Positions 16,316 through 26,595 of a stretch of DNA of 64,000 nucleotides are shown piece after piece. The DNA is from a virus (lineage: Duplodnaviria; Caudoviricetes). The notes under the pieces were generated by a model. The model was given only the letters and a program-made list of their open reading frames with translations, was not told the DNA's origin and did not search any database. How positions within the stretch are numbered: position 1 is the first letter of the stretch; the number at the start of each line of letters is the position of its first letter. Location of the stretch: the IMG/VR virus record IMGVR_UViG_3300021400_000080, positions 11,710 to 75,709 of that record; one strand, given 5' to 3'. Position numbers and translations under genes: made by a program.

Positions 16316-16606
16316 ATGTTCTACTTCTACGACGGTACGATCGACAAGGGGTTCCACGGATACAGGACGGAGAAGGCCGCCATCCGTGAGGCCATCATCT
16401 ATGCCAAGAGGTTCCCCCGGAGATACATCGGGGTCTATGAGGAACATAACTACGGAGGGGAGTTCCTCGGCCGTGTGTATATCGGCACTATCAAGGGTAA
16501 AGAAACGGCCAAATACGAGTCCCATTCGGGAACGTACCGGCTGAACAAGGACGGATCGCTCGGCAAATATCTGAACGGCAACAGATATTCCTGTCCGAGA
16601 AATTGA
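16316..16606 (+). CDS. small Tyr/Lys-rich family protein
   Basis: YRTEKAAIREA...YRLNKDGSLGK. Confidence 0.75.
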   Translation: MFYFYDGTIDKGFHGYRTEKAAIREAIIYAKRFPRRYIGVYEEHNYGGEFLGRVYIGTIKGKETAKYESHSGTYRLNKDGSLGKYLNGNRYSCPRN

Positions 16607-16662
16607 TCCTCGACCCCCTTCGGGGGTTTTCCTTTTAAATATGCCAATCGGGATTACTTATC

Positions 16663-17148
16663 ATGCCCTATAAAGTCGGATTCAAACTCGATGACGGAAG
16701 AACCTTATGGCTCAAACAGACCTACGCATCCAAGTCGTATGCGGAGAAGGTGATGAAGAGGGAACGCGCCAAGCTGCTCGAAATGGGGATCAAACTCACC
16801 ATCCCCTATGTGGTGAAGGTCGATGACGGCAATCTCAAACTGGCTACACGTTCGACCGCACCCTCCAGCACCTCGAAGGTCCCCTCCGGCAAGGCATCGT
16901 CCGAGATCTACATCAAACCGTGGTACTGCGCGAAATACCCCACGGATAGTATGGGTCAGGACATCAATCCCAAGGCAACGTTCAAGGGCGCGATGGATGT
17001 CCTGAAACATACCAAGACCTCTTCCGACTTCTATAACTATGTCGATGTCCACGACTCCGTTGTACGCGAACGCATCTTCGATGAACTGGCGAGGAGGAGG
17101 AACCAATCCTACGATACAATCTACCGCGCGTGGTTAGGAGAGATTTGA
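16663..17148 (+). CDS. shared N-terminal module plus distinct C-terminal domain (cassette 1)
   Basis: MPYKVGFKLDDG...LLEMGIK; C-terminal YPTDSMGQDIN...DSVVRERIF. Confidence 0.75.
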   Translation: MPYKVGFKLDDGRTLWLKQTYASKSYAEKVMKRERAKLLEMGIKLTIPYVVKVDDGNLKLATRSTAPSSTSKVPSGKASSEIYIKPWYCAKYPTDSMGQDINPKATFKGAMDVLKHTKTSSDFYNYVDVHDSVVRERIFDELARRRNQSYDTIYRAWLGEI

Positions 17149-17218
17149 TCCACTGAACTGTCTAAAAACCTTTTACCCTCTGGGGTCTTTTTTAATACCG
17201 GTATTCGGATTATCAACC

Positions 17219-17695
17219 ATGTCATATACTGTATATGCCAAGCTGCCTAACGGCAAGGTCATCAAGTACGGAAAACCGCTGCAGACTCTCCCGGAGGTCA
17301 ATAATGCTAAGGCCGAGATGAAATCCGATCTCGAAAAAGCCGGAATCAAGGCGAAGGTCGAGGTATCCATTGATGCCTACGCGACCGGGGGACCTACTGT
17401 CAAGAAACCATCCATCTGCACCGCCAAGAATCCGAGAGGAGGGGACATCGCTGTCAATGGCAACCCCTACAAGCACGATTACTCTGCCGTACTGAAAAAT
17501 GCCCGGAGATTCTACAAGGATGCCGTTGTCGTGGTATGCTATAATAAAGCGGAACTGTGGGGGAGCCGCAGGGATGCGATGTCCTTCTATATGGAGGGCA
17601 TCTATGCGTGCGAGGGAGCCGAACGCGAACGCTACGAGAACATCTACTTCGATCTCCAGGATAAGAAAGACGTTGCCCTCGATGAGTGGTACTGA
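17219..17695 (+). CDS. shared N-terminal module plus distinct C-terminal domain (cassette 2)
   Basis: MSYTVYAKLPNG...DLEKAGIK; C-terminal CEGAERERYENIY. Confidence 0.75.
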   Translation: MSYTVYAKLPNGKVIKYGKPLQTLPEVNNAKAEMKSDLEKAGIKAKVEVSIDAYATGGPTVKKPSICTAKNPRGGDIAVNGNPYKHDYSAVLKNARRFYKDAVVVVCYNKAELWGSRRDAMSFYMEGIYACEGAERERYENIYFDLQDKKDVALDEWY

Positions 17696-17755
17696 AACCC
17701 TTTACCCCTTCAAGGGGGATTTTCCTTTAAATATCTGAATGGGGATATTTTCATT

Positions 17756-18358
17756 ATGTCCGATGAGCGGCGCACATACGCTTTGATCTACGTCGATGGG
17801 GAGAGGAAACTTATCAAAACCAAACCCCATTCTTTTTATTATTCTGACGAAGCCAAAAATGAATTAATACGGGATTTAAAAAAATCCGGACTCAAATATA
17901 ATTTCCTTGGCGAAAGTAAGACCCATATAACAATGGCCTCCATAACCAGAGTAGAAAAACTCGCCAGCAGAATCAACCCTCCGGTCGGAACGTGGTTCGC
18001 TACAAACGCAACTCGCAATTACACAAAATACAATTTTATGAGGATTGCCAAGAAGTGCGGAAATCCTTTCCCCCTCCAAGTCTATGTAAACCAAACCCCA
18101 TATATTGTCCAAGAAGTCGTGATGTCCTTTTATTCCAGCAAACTTCTGAAATCAGAAGGGCCGGGTTACGACAATTACAGCTGGTATCTGCCCGATAAAA
18201 AGACAAACGAAACCGAAACCGGCTACATCAGAATCTCTCCCAATGGCGAACTTACCGTCAATCCCGCACCAACCATGCAGAGTTGGCCTATATGGGAACG
18301 GTGGGATGATCGCAAAAAGGAACCGATAGTTGTCCACACAGCTTACGACCCTTGGTGA
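17756..18358 (+). CDS. shared N-terminal module plus distinct C-terminal domain (cassette 3)
   Basis: YVDGERKLIKTK...AKNELIRDLKKSGLKY. Confidence 0.75.
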   Translation: MSDERRTYALIYVDGERKLIKTKPHSFYYSDEAKNELIRDLKKSGLKYNFLGESKTHITMASITRVEKLASRINPPVGTWFATNATRNYTKYNFMRIAKKCGNPFPLQVYVNQTPYIVQEVVMSFYSSKLLKSEGPGYDNYSWYLPDKKTNETETGYIRISPNGELTVNPAPTMQSWPIWERWDDRKKEPIVVHTAYDPW

Positions 18359-18370
18359 ACACCTTTTCAA

Positions 18371-18404
18371 ACCCTTTACCCCTTCGGGGGTTTTCCTTTT
18401 AATA
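18371..18404 (+). terminator. representative copy of the repeated post-stop hairpin AAACCYYTTA-CCCC-N4-GGGG(G), followed by a T-tract/TATA
   Basis: Similar copies follow stops at 15892, 16606, 17148, 17695, 18992, 32371, 39076, 41121 and 49674. Confidence 0.65.
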
Positions 18405-18425
18405 CGGAAACGTGGATTATCATCT

Positions 18426-18992
18426 ATGCCGCAATATGCATACGCAGTCGTAATCGTAGACGGGAAGAAGAAGGTCATCAAGACCAAGGGATATTCCGAT
18501 GCCAAGGTCATACTTGCCAAGAACGAATTGGAGAAGGATTTGAAAGCCGCCGGGATCAAATACACCTACATCGGCATCAGCGAACATCCCCCGACCGCTG
18601 CCGACTTGGATGCCTCGAAGAGAGAAATTCGCAGGACAGAAAAACAGAAGGACACCATATCGAAAATGGGGAAAAAGACCCCAAGAAAGAGTGCATACGA
18701 TGAAAAACTGCCCAAAAACGGAGATATTTATGTTTGCACCTACGGACCCTACTCAACCGTAGAATTTTATATGGTTAAAGGAACTAAAGAATCCTCTCTG
18801 TATAACCTCGTCTCCATATCGAAAGAGATGTATGATGATGAAAACGTAATCCCTGATCCTCACGATGTCTTGACAGTTGGAAAATGGTACAAATACAACC
18901 CCGAATCAAGATCGTTCCAGATATATCCCCATATTCACGCAATAAAATGGGATGGTAAACCCGTTTATACCAGCGATTTTGAATACGCATAA
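18426..18992 (+). CDS. shared N-terminal module plus distinct C-terminal domain (cassette 4)
   Basis: IVDGKKKVIKTK...AKNELEKDLKAAGIKY; C-terminal WDGKPVY. Confidence 0.75.
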   Translation: MPQYAYAVVIVDGKKKVIKTKGYSDAKVILAKNELEKDLKAAGIKYTYIGISEHPPTAADLDASKREIRRTEKQKDTISKMGKKTPRKSAYDEKLPKNGDIYVCTYGPYSTVEFYMVKGTKESSLYNLVSISKEMYDDENVIPDPHDVLTVGKWYKYNPESRSFQIYPHIHAIKWDGKPVYTSDFEYA

Positions 18993-19052
18993 ATCCATTC
19001 CCCCCTCCACGGGGGATTCATTCTTTTTATACTCCCGTGACCATCCGCAATC

Positions 19053-19268
19053 ATGGTATTCTTTGTCATCGGTGGACACTATCACAAGGACAACACGCAC
19101 ATAATCATCACCGGGATAAGCAAGGATCACGTCACCTATATGCGTGCCAACGGGCGCACGGAGTACCGCGCGAAACTCTATTGGGCGAAGATGAAACATT
19201 CCCAACACGTCCTCCAATACATCCGGCTGGACGGCAAGAGGATCTACTCGGTCAATGTGGGCGATTAA
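19053..19268 (+). CDS. hypothetical protein
   Basis: Own TATA; MVFFVIGGHYHKD... Confidence 0.55.
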   Translation: MVFFVIGGHYHKDNTHIIITGISKDHVTYMRANGRTEYRAKLYWAKMKHSQHVLQYIRLDGKRIYSVNVGD

Positions 19269-19352
19269 TGGTATTGCTTTAAATACGCACGCATTGATAA
19301 GGAGATTGCGGCCTACCGTTCAAGGGTTGTCGCGGGAGGCCGCCCTCGTACC

Positions 19353-20174
19353 ATGTCAAGGAGTCTTTCTGTTCTGACGGGAATATGTGTCGGAACGATC
19401 ATCTTCCTGACCATCGTTTTCCCCGCGCAGATATGCTCCTGTTACAAGGACGTGAAGGTCTCCGAATACGAAGGGGACAGTATCGTATCGTGGTATATGC
19501 CCGTGTTCGACGATTCCGGGATGGTGAAGTTACAATACCCCGTCACCACGGATACCGGTATCACCGAAGAGGATTTCCGGGAGGCGATGGATTCCCCCAT
19601 GTGCCGTAGGATCCTCGGCTCCACGGGGTACGGGATGTCCGACATACCCGACTGCCCTCAAGGGGTCGTGGACGGCATAGACGATGCCCTGGGACGGGTA
19701 GGGATGACCGCTGCGGACCTCACGGAGCATCAGCTGTGCGTGGTGATCTCGGCTTTCGTGAGGACGGGGATAGGATACGCTTACGATGACGATCTCTACG
19801 GCTGCCCGGATTACGCGGCATCGCCTACGGAGACGGTCTATCTCGGACGGGGTGACTGCGAGGACGTCGCCATATTGTTCGTGTCCATCGCGCGCGCATA
19901 CGGGATAGATGCCGTCCTGATAGGTTACTCGGACCATTGTAATGCCGGGATCAGGGTAAGCGGATGGGAAGGGTGGAACACCGTGGAGGGATACACGGTC
20001 GTGGAATGTACGTCCTCGTATTGGTACGTCGATAGGATCTTCTCACCGGACTGCGGAGAGGGAAGGGTACTCGGTCAATCCGCTGCGGACCGCATCGTGG
20101 ACTCCTATGTGACGTTCTGCGACCGTACCCTGCCGTTCAACCCCATTCTTTATATCGCACGGATGCTTTCGTAA
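19353..20174 (+). CDS. secreted or membrane-anchored transglutaminase-like cysteine protease
   Basis: N-terminal hydrophobic helix; GDCEDVAILF...DHC. Confidence 0.8.
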   Translation: MSRSLSVLTGICVGTIIFLTIVFPAQICSCYKDVKVSEYEGDSIVSWYMPVFDDSGMVKLQYPVTTDTGITEEDFREAMDSPMCRRILGSTGYGMSDIPDCPQGVVDGIDDALGRVGMTAADLTEHQLCVVISAFVRTGIGYAYDDDLYGCPDYAASPTETVYLGRGDCEDVAILFVSIARAYGIDAVLIGYSDHCNAGIRVSGWEGWNTVEGYTVVECTSSYWYVDRIFSPDCGEGRVLGQSAADRIVDSYVTFCDRTLPFNPILYIARMLS

Positions 20175-20254
20175 TTCCGCGATTAGAATGATCTCCGAAA
20201 TCGGTAGGAATTAACGATTTGCCCGCTTGACCGGGCGAAAAGGTCTCCCGGACC

Positions 20255-20562
20255 GTATTTTGTAATACGGAAGTCCGGTTCTGTATTTCATGTATTACGT
20301 TCTGTATTGCTTCTGTATTACTTCTGTATTGCACCCCGCTACAATCGCGCGCCTTTAAAGATTTAAACGCTCGCGCGTGCGCGCCCGCAGGAAAACCTAT
20401 TGTATGGATATGACCTATATCTGCCCTATATAGTTTTTATAAATTCCTTGTTCTGTATTACACTTTAAATACTCTTTAAATACTAACCTACTAAAATGAT
20501 AATACAGAAGTAATACAGAAGCACTACGGAAGGCAAAAATGTAATACAGAAGCACTACGGAA
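20255..20562. repeat. putative replication origin with 11-bp iterons TTCTGTATT(A/G)C in direct and inverted orientation around an AT-rich core
   Basis: Copies at about 20279, 20300, 20311, 20322 and 20451; inverted copies at about 20500, 20510 and 20541; directly upstream of the helicase. Confidence 0.7.
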
Positions 20563-20636
20563 CAAGGGATGCGAGCCGGAAATGTGGGAAAATTAGGTAT
20601 TTCGTTAAATAGTGTGAGAAACGATAAGTCCAACCG

Positions 20637-22142
20637 ATGCCCGAAAACGACAACCCGCAGACAGATTACCGCCCTATCGAGGTTCCCACTCCCGATCCCA
20701 CACGGTATTCGATTTTCAAGCAGGGTCCGAAGGGCGGTCTGACGTTCTATCCCAGGAACATCATCAAGTACCTCGCGGCGAAATGGATCGTCTACGACGG
20801 TCATACCCCACGCATATTCAACGGGCGGTCATATCAGGTCATCCCCGACAATAAGTTCGTCGCCATGGTCGCGGATTCCGTCGATGCCTACATGACGGAC
20901 ACGCTCGTATCGAAAGGGCAATACCAATCAATCTTCTTCAATGCCGAGGCGATCCTGGACTTCGACAGGGTCCCGTACTTCGAGGACCCCGAACAGAGGG
21001 ACGATTACTCCGTGGTCGAGGATCAGCGCATAGCCGGGGGTCTCTTCGCTTTCGAGAACGGCATCCTGAACACCGCCAACGACAAGTTCCTCCCCTTCAC
21101 CCATCATCTCATGGTGAGGTCGTGCTACAACTGCCGCTACGACCCCTCCGTGGAGACGTGCCGTGCGGAGAGCATAATCGAGGGGATATTGCCTGATGCC
21201 GACACGAGGAGGTTCTTCTTCGAGATGGTAGGGTCCATCCTCTTCGGGGACATGAACCCGCCCGCCATCTTTGTCATATACGGTCCGGGTGAGACGGGTA
21301 AATCCGCATTGGCGAACATGCTGACCACACTCATGGGCGACGATATGGTATCGAGGGAAACCCTCAAGCAGCTCGGCACGGATAAATACTCCCCCGCAGA
21401 ATTGGAGGGCAAACGTCTCAACGTGTCAGGGGAGACGGGTGCTGTGAAGAACAAGTACACCACCCCCGACGGGGAATTGATAAAACAGCTTTCGGACGGT
21501 CAGGAGATCTCGGTCCAGCGCAAATACGGGCATCCCTATAAGATCCGCAACACCGCCAAACTGTTGTTCCTCACCAACACCGTACCGGACTTCGGTGACA
21601 CATCCAGCGGTCTCTACCGCCGCCTTTATACCATCCCATGCCGCACGAAACAGGATCCGGCACTCAACATCTACAAACTCATGACAGACCCCCAATCCCT
21701 TTCATGGCTGACTAACCGCGCCCTTGAGGGATACATGAGGGTCAAATCCAGGGGATTCAAGTTCGAGCCGTCCGAAGAGATGCAGAAGGAATGGCAGAAC
21801 ATGAGGGTCCAGGACCCCGTGTTCGACTTCCTCTACACGACATTCGATTCCACGGACATCCACGATATATGCGGTCAGATCGTAGCGCACTCCGAGTACA
21901 AGAGGACGAAGTTCATCTACGACAGATACCGCGAGTTCTGTTACGCGAACAACGTGACCCCGTTGGGATCGCGCAAGTTCTACGAGAAGATGAGGAACGA
22001 GACCGAATTGGACATCGGGAAGAACCCCGTTATGTTCCGTGTGGACGGAGTACCTACGAGTACCCGTGTGTTCCAATGGAAAGAATCGGTCCTCAAGGCG
22101 CATTTACAGTCCAAGACGGGTAAGGACAAGGGGAAGCCATGA
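20637..22142 (+). CDS. D5/P4-type SF3 replicative helicase (no recognisable primase domain)
   Basis: FAFENGIL (D5_N), GPGETGKS Walker A, NTVPDFGDTSSGLYRRL, C-terminal winged helix. Confidence 0.9.
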   Translation: MPENDNPQTDYRPIEVPTPDPTRYSIFKQGPKGGLTFYPRNIIKYLAAKWIVYDGHTPRIFNGRSYQVIPDNKFVAMVADSVDAYMTDTLVSKGQYQSIFFNAEAILDFDRVPYFEDPEQRDDYSVVEDQRIAGGLFAFENGILNTANDKFLPFTHHLMVRSCYNCRYDPSVETCRAESIIEGILPDADTRRFFFEMVGSILFGDMNPPAIFVIYGPGETGKSALANMLTTLMGDDMVSRETLKQLGTDKYSPAELEGKRLNVSGETGAVKNKYTTPDGELIKQLSDGQEISVQRKYGHPYKIRNTAKLLFLTNTVPDFGDTSSGLYRRLYTIPCRTKQDPALNIYKLMTDPQSLSWLTNRALEGYMRVKSRGFKFEPSEEMQKEWQNMRVQDPVFDFLYTTFDSTDIHDICGQIVAHSEYKRTKFIYDRYREFCYANNVTPLGSRKFYEKMRNETELDIGKNPVMFRVDGVPTSTRVFQWKESVLKAHLQSKTGKDKGKP

Positions 22143-22188
22143 AAAATGCCTTAGAAGGCGATTCCGATAGATTAGGAGGGAGATCACG

Positions 22189-23685
22189 ATGACACGCACA
22201 TACGCACAACCGCTGCACAATCCGGAGAAGTTCACGCTCAAGGAACATCAGACCTTCGCATCAGAGATGATGGAGAACGTGGAATGTCTCGCCCTTTTCT
22301 ACGAGGCGGGAACAGGAAAGACCATGTGCGTACTCGATTGGGCCTACCGCGCGGTCGAGAGAGGGGATCTGAACTCCCTCCTGGTGATATGTCCCGCCAA
22401 CATCGTGGGGGTATGGACATCAGCGGTCGATAAGATGATCGAGTTCGAGGGATACACCAAGGACGGCATCGCCCGGCTCAAGAGCATCATGACCGTCCGT
22501 TCGTTCCAAAAGACCTACAAGACGGAGACCCGCGAGGTACAGCACAGGAACGGCAGCAAGGGACAGAAAAAGACCCGCGACATCCGTCCGGACATCAACC
22601 GCTATTGGGGAGCCATAGTCGTGGACGAGTCGCACAGTATTGGCGCGCACCAATCCGTCCAGACGAAGGCCGCCCTCGCCCTCGCCATGAAAGCATCCAA
22701 ACGGTTCATCCTCACAGGCACACCCGTGTCGGGAGGAGGAGGCGCGGGAGATTATAAGAAACTCTACGGACAACTGAAATTCCTGGACAACACGGTATGG
22801 GCATCGTGGACGGACTTCTGCAAGAGGTATGTGCTGGCTTTCGACGTGTTCCGCAACCCCGTCCGTTACCGCGAGGCCGAGTTGAAGAAACTGATGGAGG
22901 ACTACGGGATCGTCGCAAGACTGGACATGTGCTACGACATGCCGGATTCGTCCGAGATCGTCATCCCGTGCGAGTTGAAGGAACCCCAGGCATACAAGCG
23001 TATCCGTGAGGGAGATACCGCCACCTACGGATTCGAGATACGCACGGGAGGGGGTCAGTACATCAAGCTGCTGGAACTCGTGTCCGGATTCGTCAAGACC
23101 GACGATAAGGAGGTATCCCCCGGCAAATTCACCAAGGAAGTGCTGAAATTCAAGTGCGAGAAACAGGATGCCCTCAAGACCATCATCACGGGAACGGACG
23201 ATAAGGTCGTGGTATTCTGCAAATTCCGTGAGAGCATAGACGATGCCTACGAGGTATGCTCCAAGATGGGCGAGACGGTCGTGTTCGACGGTCGGTCCAA
23301 CAAGGACACATGGCGCGACTTCCAGTACGGGGATGCCCGCTATCTGATCTGCCAGTACCAGTCGGGAGGGGTCGGACTCGATCTCTACGCGAGTCACACG
23401 ATGGTATTCTACGAACCGGAATGGTCCTCCCTGCTGCTGGAACAGGCGAAGGCGCGTATCCGGAGGAAAGGTCAGACCAAACGCTGCATCTACTACTGGC
23501 TGTCCACGAAGGGGACCATCGAGGAAGATGCGATCCAGTCCGTGAGGAACGGAGTCACCGTCACCACCGAACTCCTTGAGATGTGGGCGAAACGCGAGAT
23601 GAAGAACACGGTCAGCAACGACGATGAAGATGAGGACAACCCCGACACCGACAACCCGGATGAGACGGGAGAATCCGAGATATGA
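22189..23685 (+). CDS. SNF2-like SF2 helicase
   Basis: EAGTGKT, VVDESH, LTGTP, GGVGLDL, QAKARIRRKGQ. Confidence 0.92.
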   Translation: MTRTYAQPLHNPEKFTLKEHQTFASEMMENVECLALFYEAGTGKTMCVLDWAYRAVERGDLNSLLVICPANIVGVWTSAVDKMIEFEGYTKDGIARLKSIMTVRSFQKTYKTETREVQHRNGSKGQKKTRDIRPDINRYWGAIVVDESHSIGAHQSVQTKAALALAMKASKRFILTGTPVSGGGGAGDYKKLYGQLKFLDNTVWASWTDFCKRYVLAFDVFRNPVRYREAELKKLMEDYGIVARLDMCYDMPDSSEIVIPCELKEPQAYKRIREGDTATYGFEIRTGGGQYIKLLELVSGFVKTDDKEVSPGKFTKEVLKFKCEKQDALKTIITGTDDKVVVFCKFRESIDDAYEVCSKMGETVVFDGRSNKDTWRDFQYGDARYLICQYQSGGVGLDLYASHTMVFYEPEWSSLLLEQAKARIRRKGQTKRCIYYWLSTKGTIEEDAIQSVRNGVTVTTELLEMWAKREMKNTVSNDDEDEDNPDTDNPDETGESEI

Positions 23686-24011
23686 CATGGAGAGAACGCA
23701 AGGCAAGGCGCACGATATGGAGATACTGGAACCGCAGGATGTCCCTCATCGGGCGCAGATTGAGGGAGACCACGACATCCGACGAGGATCTTGTGGGGTA
23801 GTGGGATGCGTGTTCCTCCGAGAGCAAGGACAGATTCGTGAAGGACATCAGGTCGCAGTTGGAGAACCAGCACACGGAATACGGGGAGGACTACCGCACG
23901 TTCGCCATCCTGGACGAGTCGTGCGCGGTCCTGTTGGGTATCGAGTACACCATAGCCATGGCGAGGGTGAGGATAGCCAAGAAGAGGGCATCCCGTGTAT
24001 TCCTCAATTGA
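23682..24011 (+). CDS. hypothetical protein with in-frame TAG (109 codons)
   Basis: ATGA-coupled to SNF2; TAG at 23799-23801, then 69 more sense codons to TGA. Confidence 0.65.
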
Positions 24012-24084
24012 CCGAGTATGTGATTGTATGGAAATGTATATAATCGTACGAGATAATCGAGGAATACCGAAAGGTGAAATGCGA

Positions 24085-24822
24085 ATGACAGACGAGAATA
24101 AAGCGATTCTGGATAAGGTCGCGCAACTGTCCGAGAGGATAGCCGCGTGCGACTGGACCCCGGACGGAGAGTACCCCGTGAAGGGCAAACCCCTCCGTTA
24201 TGTCACCGGGAAGAAGATCAAGCGCACCCTCCGTCCTATCCTCAACGAGATGGGCATCGTGTTCCGCTACGACATGGCAGACGTTCAGTCGCTACCGGCA
24301 TGCGGGGTCAAGGAGAACCACGTCCTCATCAGGGGATTCGTCACCCTGACCGACAAGGTAACGGGTCAGTCCATCCAATACTCCGTCATATCGGAGGGCG
24401 CGGATGCGGGCGATAAGGCGGTCATGTCGGGAGCCGCGTATGCGAAGAGGTTGTTCTGGATAAGCAATTTCGACATCGTGGACGGCATGGAGAACACCGA
24501 GGACGAGGGAGGGGTCTCATCCTCCGATGTCGCGGCCAATCTCATCAGACAGGCGATCCCCGAAACCCCCGCACCGACCCCGACCCCCGTCCATCCCGTC
24601 ACCGGATCCGCGGGCGAACCCGTCACATCGCCCGGAGAGGGCAACATCGCCAAGATGCAGGTCCGTGCTATGGACAACGCACTGGCGGCCATCAAGAGGG
24701 CAGACGACGAGGGACGTATCCTCCACGAATACTACGAGAAGGCACTTGAGATCCGCAAGAAGGCATCCTGCAAGGAGGATGTCGAAGCTCTGCTCAACAT
24801 CAAGAGGGAACTCGGACTATGA
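24085..24822 (+). CDS. ERF-family ssDNA-annealing protein
   Basis: LRPILNEMGIVF...GADAGDKAVMSGAAYAKR. Confidence 0.8.
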   Translation: MTDENKAILDKVAQLSERIAACDWTPDGEYPVKGKPLRYVTGKKIKRTLRPILNEMGIVFRYDMADVQSLPACGVKENHVLIRGFVTLTDKVTGQSIQYSVISEGADAGDKAVMSGAAYAKRLFWISNFDIVDGMENTEDEGGVSSSDVAANLIRQAIPETPAPTPTPVHPVTGSAGEPVTSPGEGNIAKMQVRAMDNALAAIKRADDEGRILHEYYEKALEIRKKASCKEDVEALLNIKRELGL

Positions 24823-25856
24823 GGAACTATGTGGCTCCCCGCTATCCGTTCACCATCGCGGATAACCGTGTCTACACGGAGGCCGACGAAGTATACCATG
24901 TGACGGGGACATCCATCGGTGCGCTGCTCGGTCAGTCACCGTGGGAATCCCCGTTCACGGCATCCGCGAAACTGCTCGGATTGTGGCTCGAAGCGGATGT
25001 CGGGGACAAGCCGGCAGTGAACACCGGAAAGGTACTCGAAGAGAGGATCATCGACTACGTTGCGGAGAAACACCCGGATGTCGGACAGTTCTTCCGTGCG
25101 GAGGATCTGTTCGCACCCCGCGAGGGGGACCATGAGAAGTGGCCCTCCGATTTCGAGGATGAGGATTTCCACGGCCATGTCGATGGTATAATCTCGAAGG
25201 ACGGAGTGGACTACATCCTTGAGGTCAAGACCGTGAACGAACGCGGCCTTTCCGCATGGAACGGCTCGATCCCCGCCCATTACCTCTGGCAAGTGTATCT
25301 CTACAATCACTTCCTGACCCAACAGGATAAGGCATATTTCGCTATCGGACTCGTGAACAGCGACACCTACGCGAACCCCTATGTGTGGGTCCCGAACAAG
25401 AACAACTGCCTGCTCATCGAGGTCCCGATAGACCGCGAGATGGTAGCCGCCAAGATCGAAGAGGTACGCGCTATCCGTCATAAGATCGTGGAGGAACGTG
25501 CTACGCTCCCCGCTGATTTCAACGATCCGCGCGATAAGGAACTCATGGTACATCTCATGGACATCTCCGGGGACACCGACAGACTGTTGGATGCCACCGC
25601 ACGTTATGAGGAACTCATGAGACAGATCGACGAGGCCGAGTCGAGGATAAAGCCGCTGAAGGACCAAGCCGAGGACTACAAGACACGCATCAAGGACATG
25701 ATGGTCGCACATTCGCTGTCCAGGTGCGCCAATCTCAATCTGACTACGCAGACCCGCGAAACGTTCGATTTCGCCAAGGCGCGCGCGGATGGATTGAACA
25801 TCGACCCGTACACCAAAACCACAACCACGAAGATATTAAGGAGGTCTAAGATATGA
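24819..25856 (+). CDS. YqaJ/lambda-exonuclease-like recombination nuclease
   Basis: GTSIGALLGQSPWESP, GHVDG, LEVKT, YLWQVYLY. Confidence 0.88.
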   Translation: MRNYVAPRYPFTIADNRVYTEADEVYHVTGTSIGALLGQSPWESPFTASAKLLGLWLEADVGDKPAVNTGKVLEERIIDYVAEKHPDVGQFFRAEDLFAPREGDHEKWPSDFEDEDFHGHVDGIISKDGVDYILEVKTVNERGLSAWNGSIPAHYLWQVYLYNHFLTQQDKAYFAIGLVNSDTYANPYVWVPNKNNCLLIEVPIDREMVAAKIEEVRAIRHKIVEERATLPADFNDPRDKELMVHLMDISGDTDRLLDATARYEELMRQIDEAESRIKPLKDQAEDYKTRIKDMMVAHSLSRCANLNLTTQTRETFDFAKARADGLNIDPYTKTTTTKILRRSKI

Positions 25857-26305
25857 TTACACCTACACCCTGGATTCTAAGCAGCATGGTCGCAAAAGCA
25901 ACCGTCCCTCTCTGCGAGGGCAACCACACCCTTCAGATCACGGAGGCATCGTTCAAGGACGATGAGAACTACTACTCCCTCACCCTCAAGTCCCTCGACG
26001 AAGAGGACGAGCAGTCCACCCTCCGCTACTACATCATCAAGAAGGACGGGACCAGGAACGAACAGGCCATCGGCACGCTGAACAAACTCGGACACTGCAT
26101 TTTCGGACTTCCGGAGGATCAGGTCGGAATCCCCAACCCGGAGGACATCGTGAACGGCATCGTCAGGGGATTCGTCAAGCACAATGTCTACGAGGGCAAG
26201 GAGTTCGTGAACATCTACGAGTACACCCCCGTAGACAAAAAGACCCTTGAGATCGCCAAGGAATCCGGCATCACCGTTCTGGACCAGTACGCAATCGAGG
26301 GATGA
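25853..26305 (+). CDS. putative single-stranded DNA-binding (DUF669-like) protein
   Basis: Follows the exonuclease/annealase pair; EGNHTLQITEAS beta pattern. Confidence 0.5.
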   Translation: MITPTPWILSSMVAKATVPLCEGNHTLQITEASFKDDENYYSLTLKSLDEEDEQSTLRYYIIKKDGTRNEQAIGTLNKLGHCIFGLPEDQVGIPNPEDIVNGIVRGFVKHNVYEGKEFVNIYEYTPVDKKTLEIAKESGITVLDQYAIEG

Positions 26306-26595
26306 GTATGGTATTCGTCCGTACATCCACCATCAAGAACAAGGGGAACGGACGGGTAATCTACATCCCCGCAGAATGGGGATTCAAGGCGGGGGATTGG
26401 GTCACTATCCGCATGGCTAAAACCGGTGCGACGTGGCCCTATTCCCTCACGACCCGTATCAAGCCGCAGAAAACGGGATCGGATTACATCAATATCCCCC
26501 CCGAATGGCCGTTGTTCATCGGGGATATGGTCGATGTGAAGATCACCTATGCAGACATCCCCAGGACGGAGATGGCGAAGGATGCCAACCCCTGA
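26302..26595 (+). CDS. tandem AbrB-like swapped-hairpin protein
   Basis: Two repeats: IYIPAEWGFKAGDWVTI and INIPPEWPLFIGDMVDV. Confidence 0.7.
   Translation: MSMVFVRTSTIKNKGNGRVIYIPAEWGFKAGDWVTIRMAKTGATWPYSLTTRIKPQKTGSDYINIPPEWPLFIGDMVDVKITYADIPRTEMAKDANP

Noticed and set aside
22420-23706. Long antisense ORFs such as 22420-23706, 33085-34101, 46604-47743 and 62238-63410
   Set aside because: Shadow frames opposite well-supported GC-rich genes; no motifs of their own.
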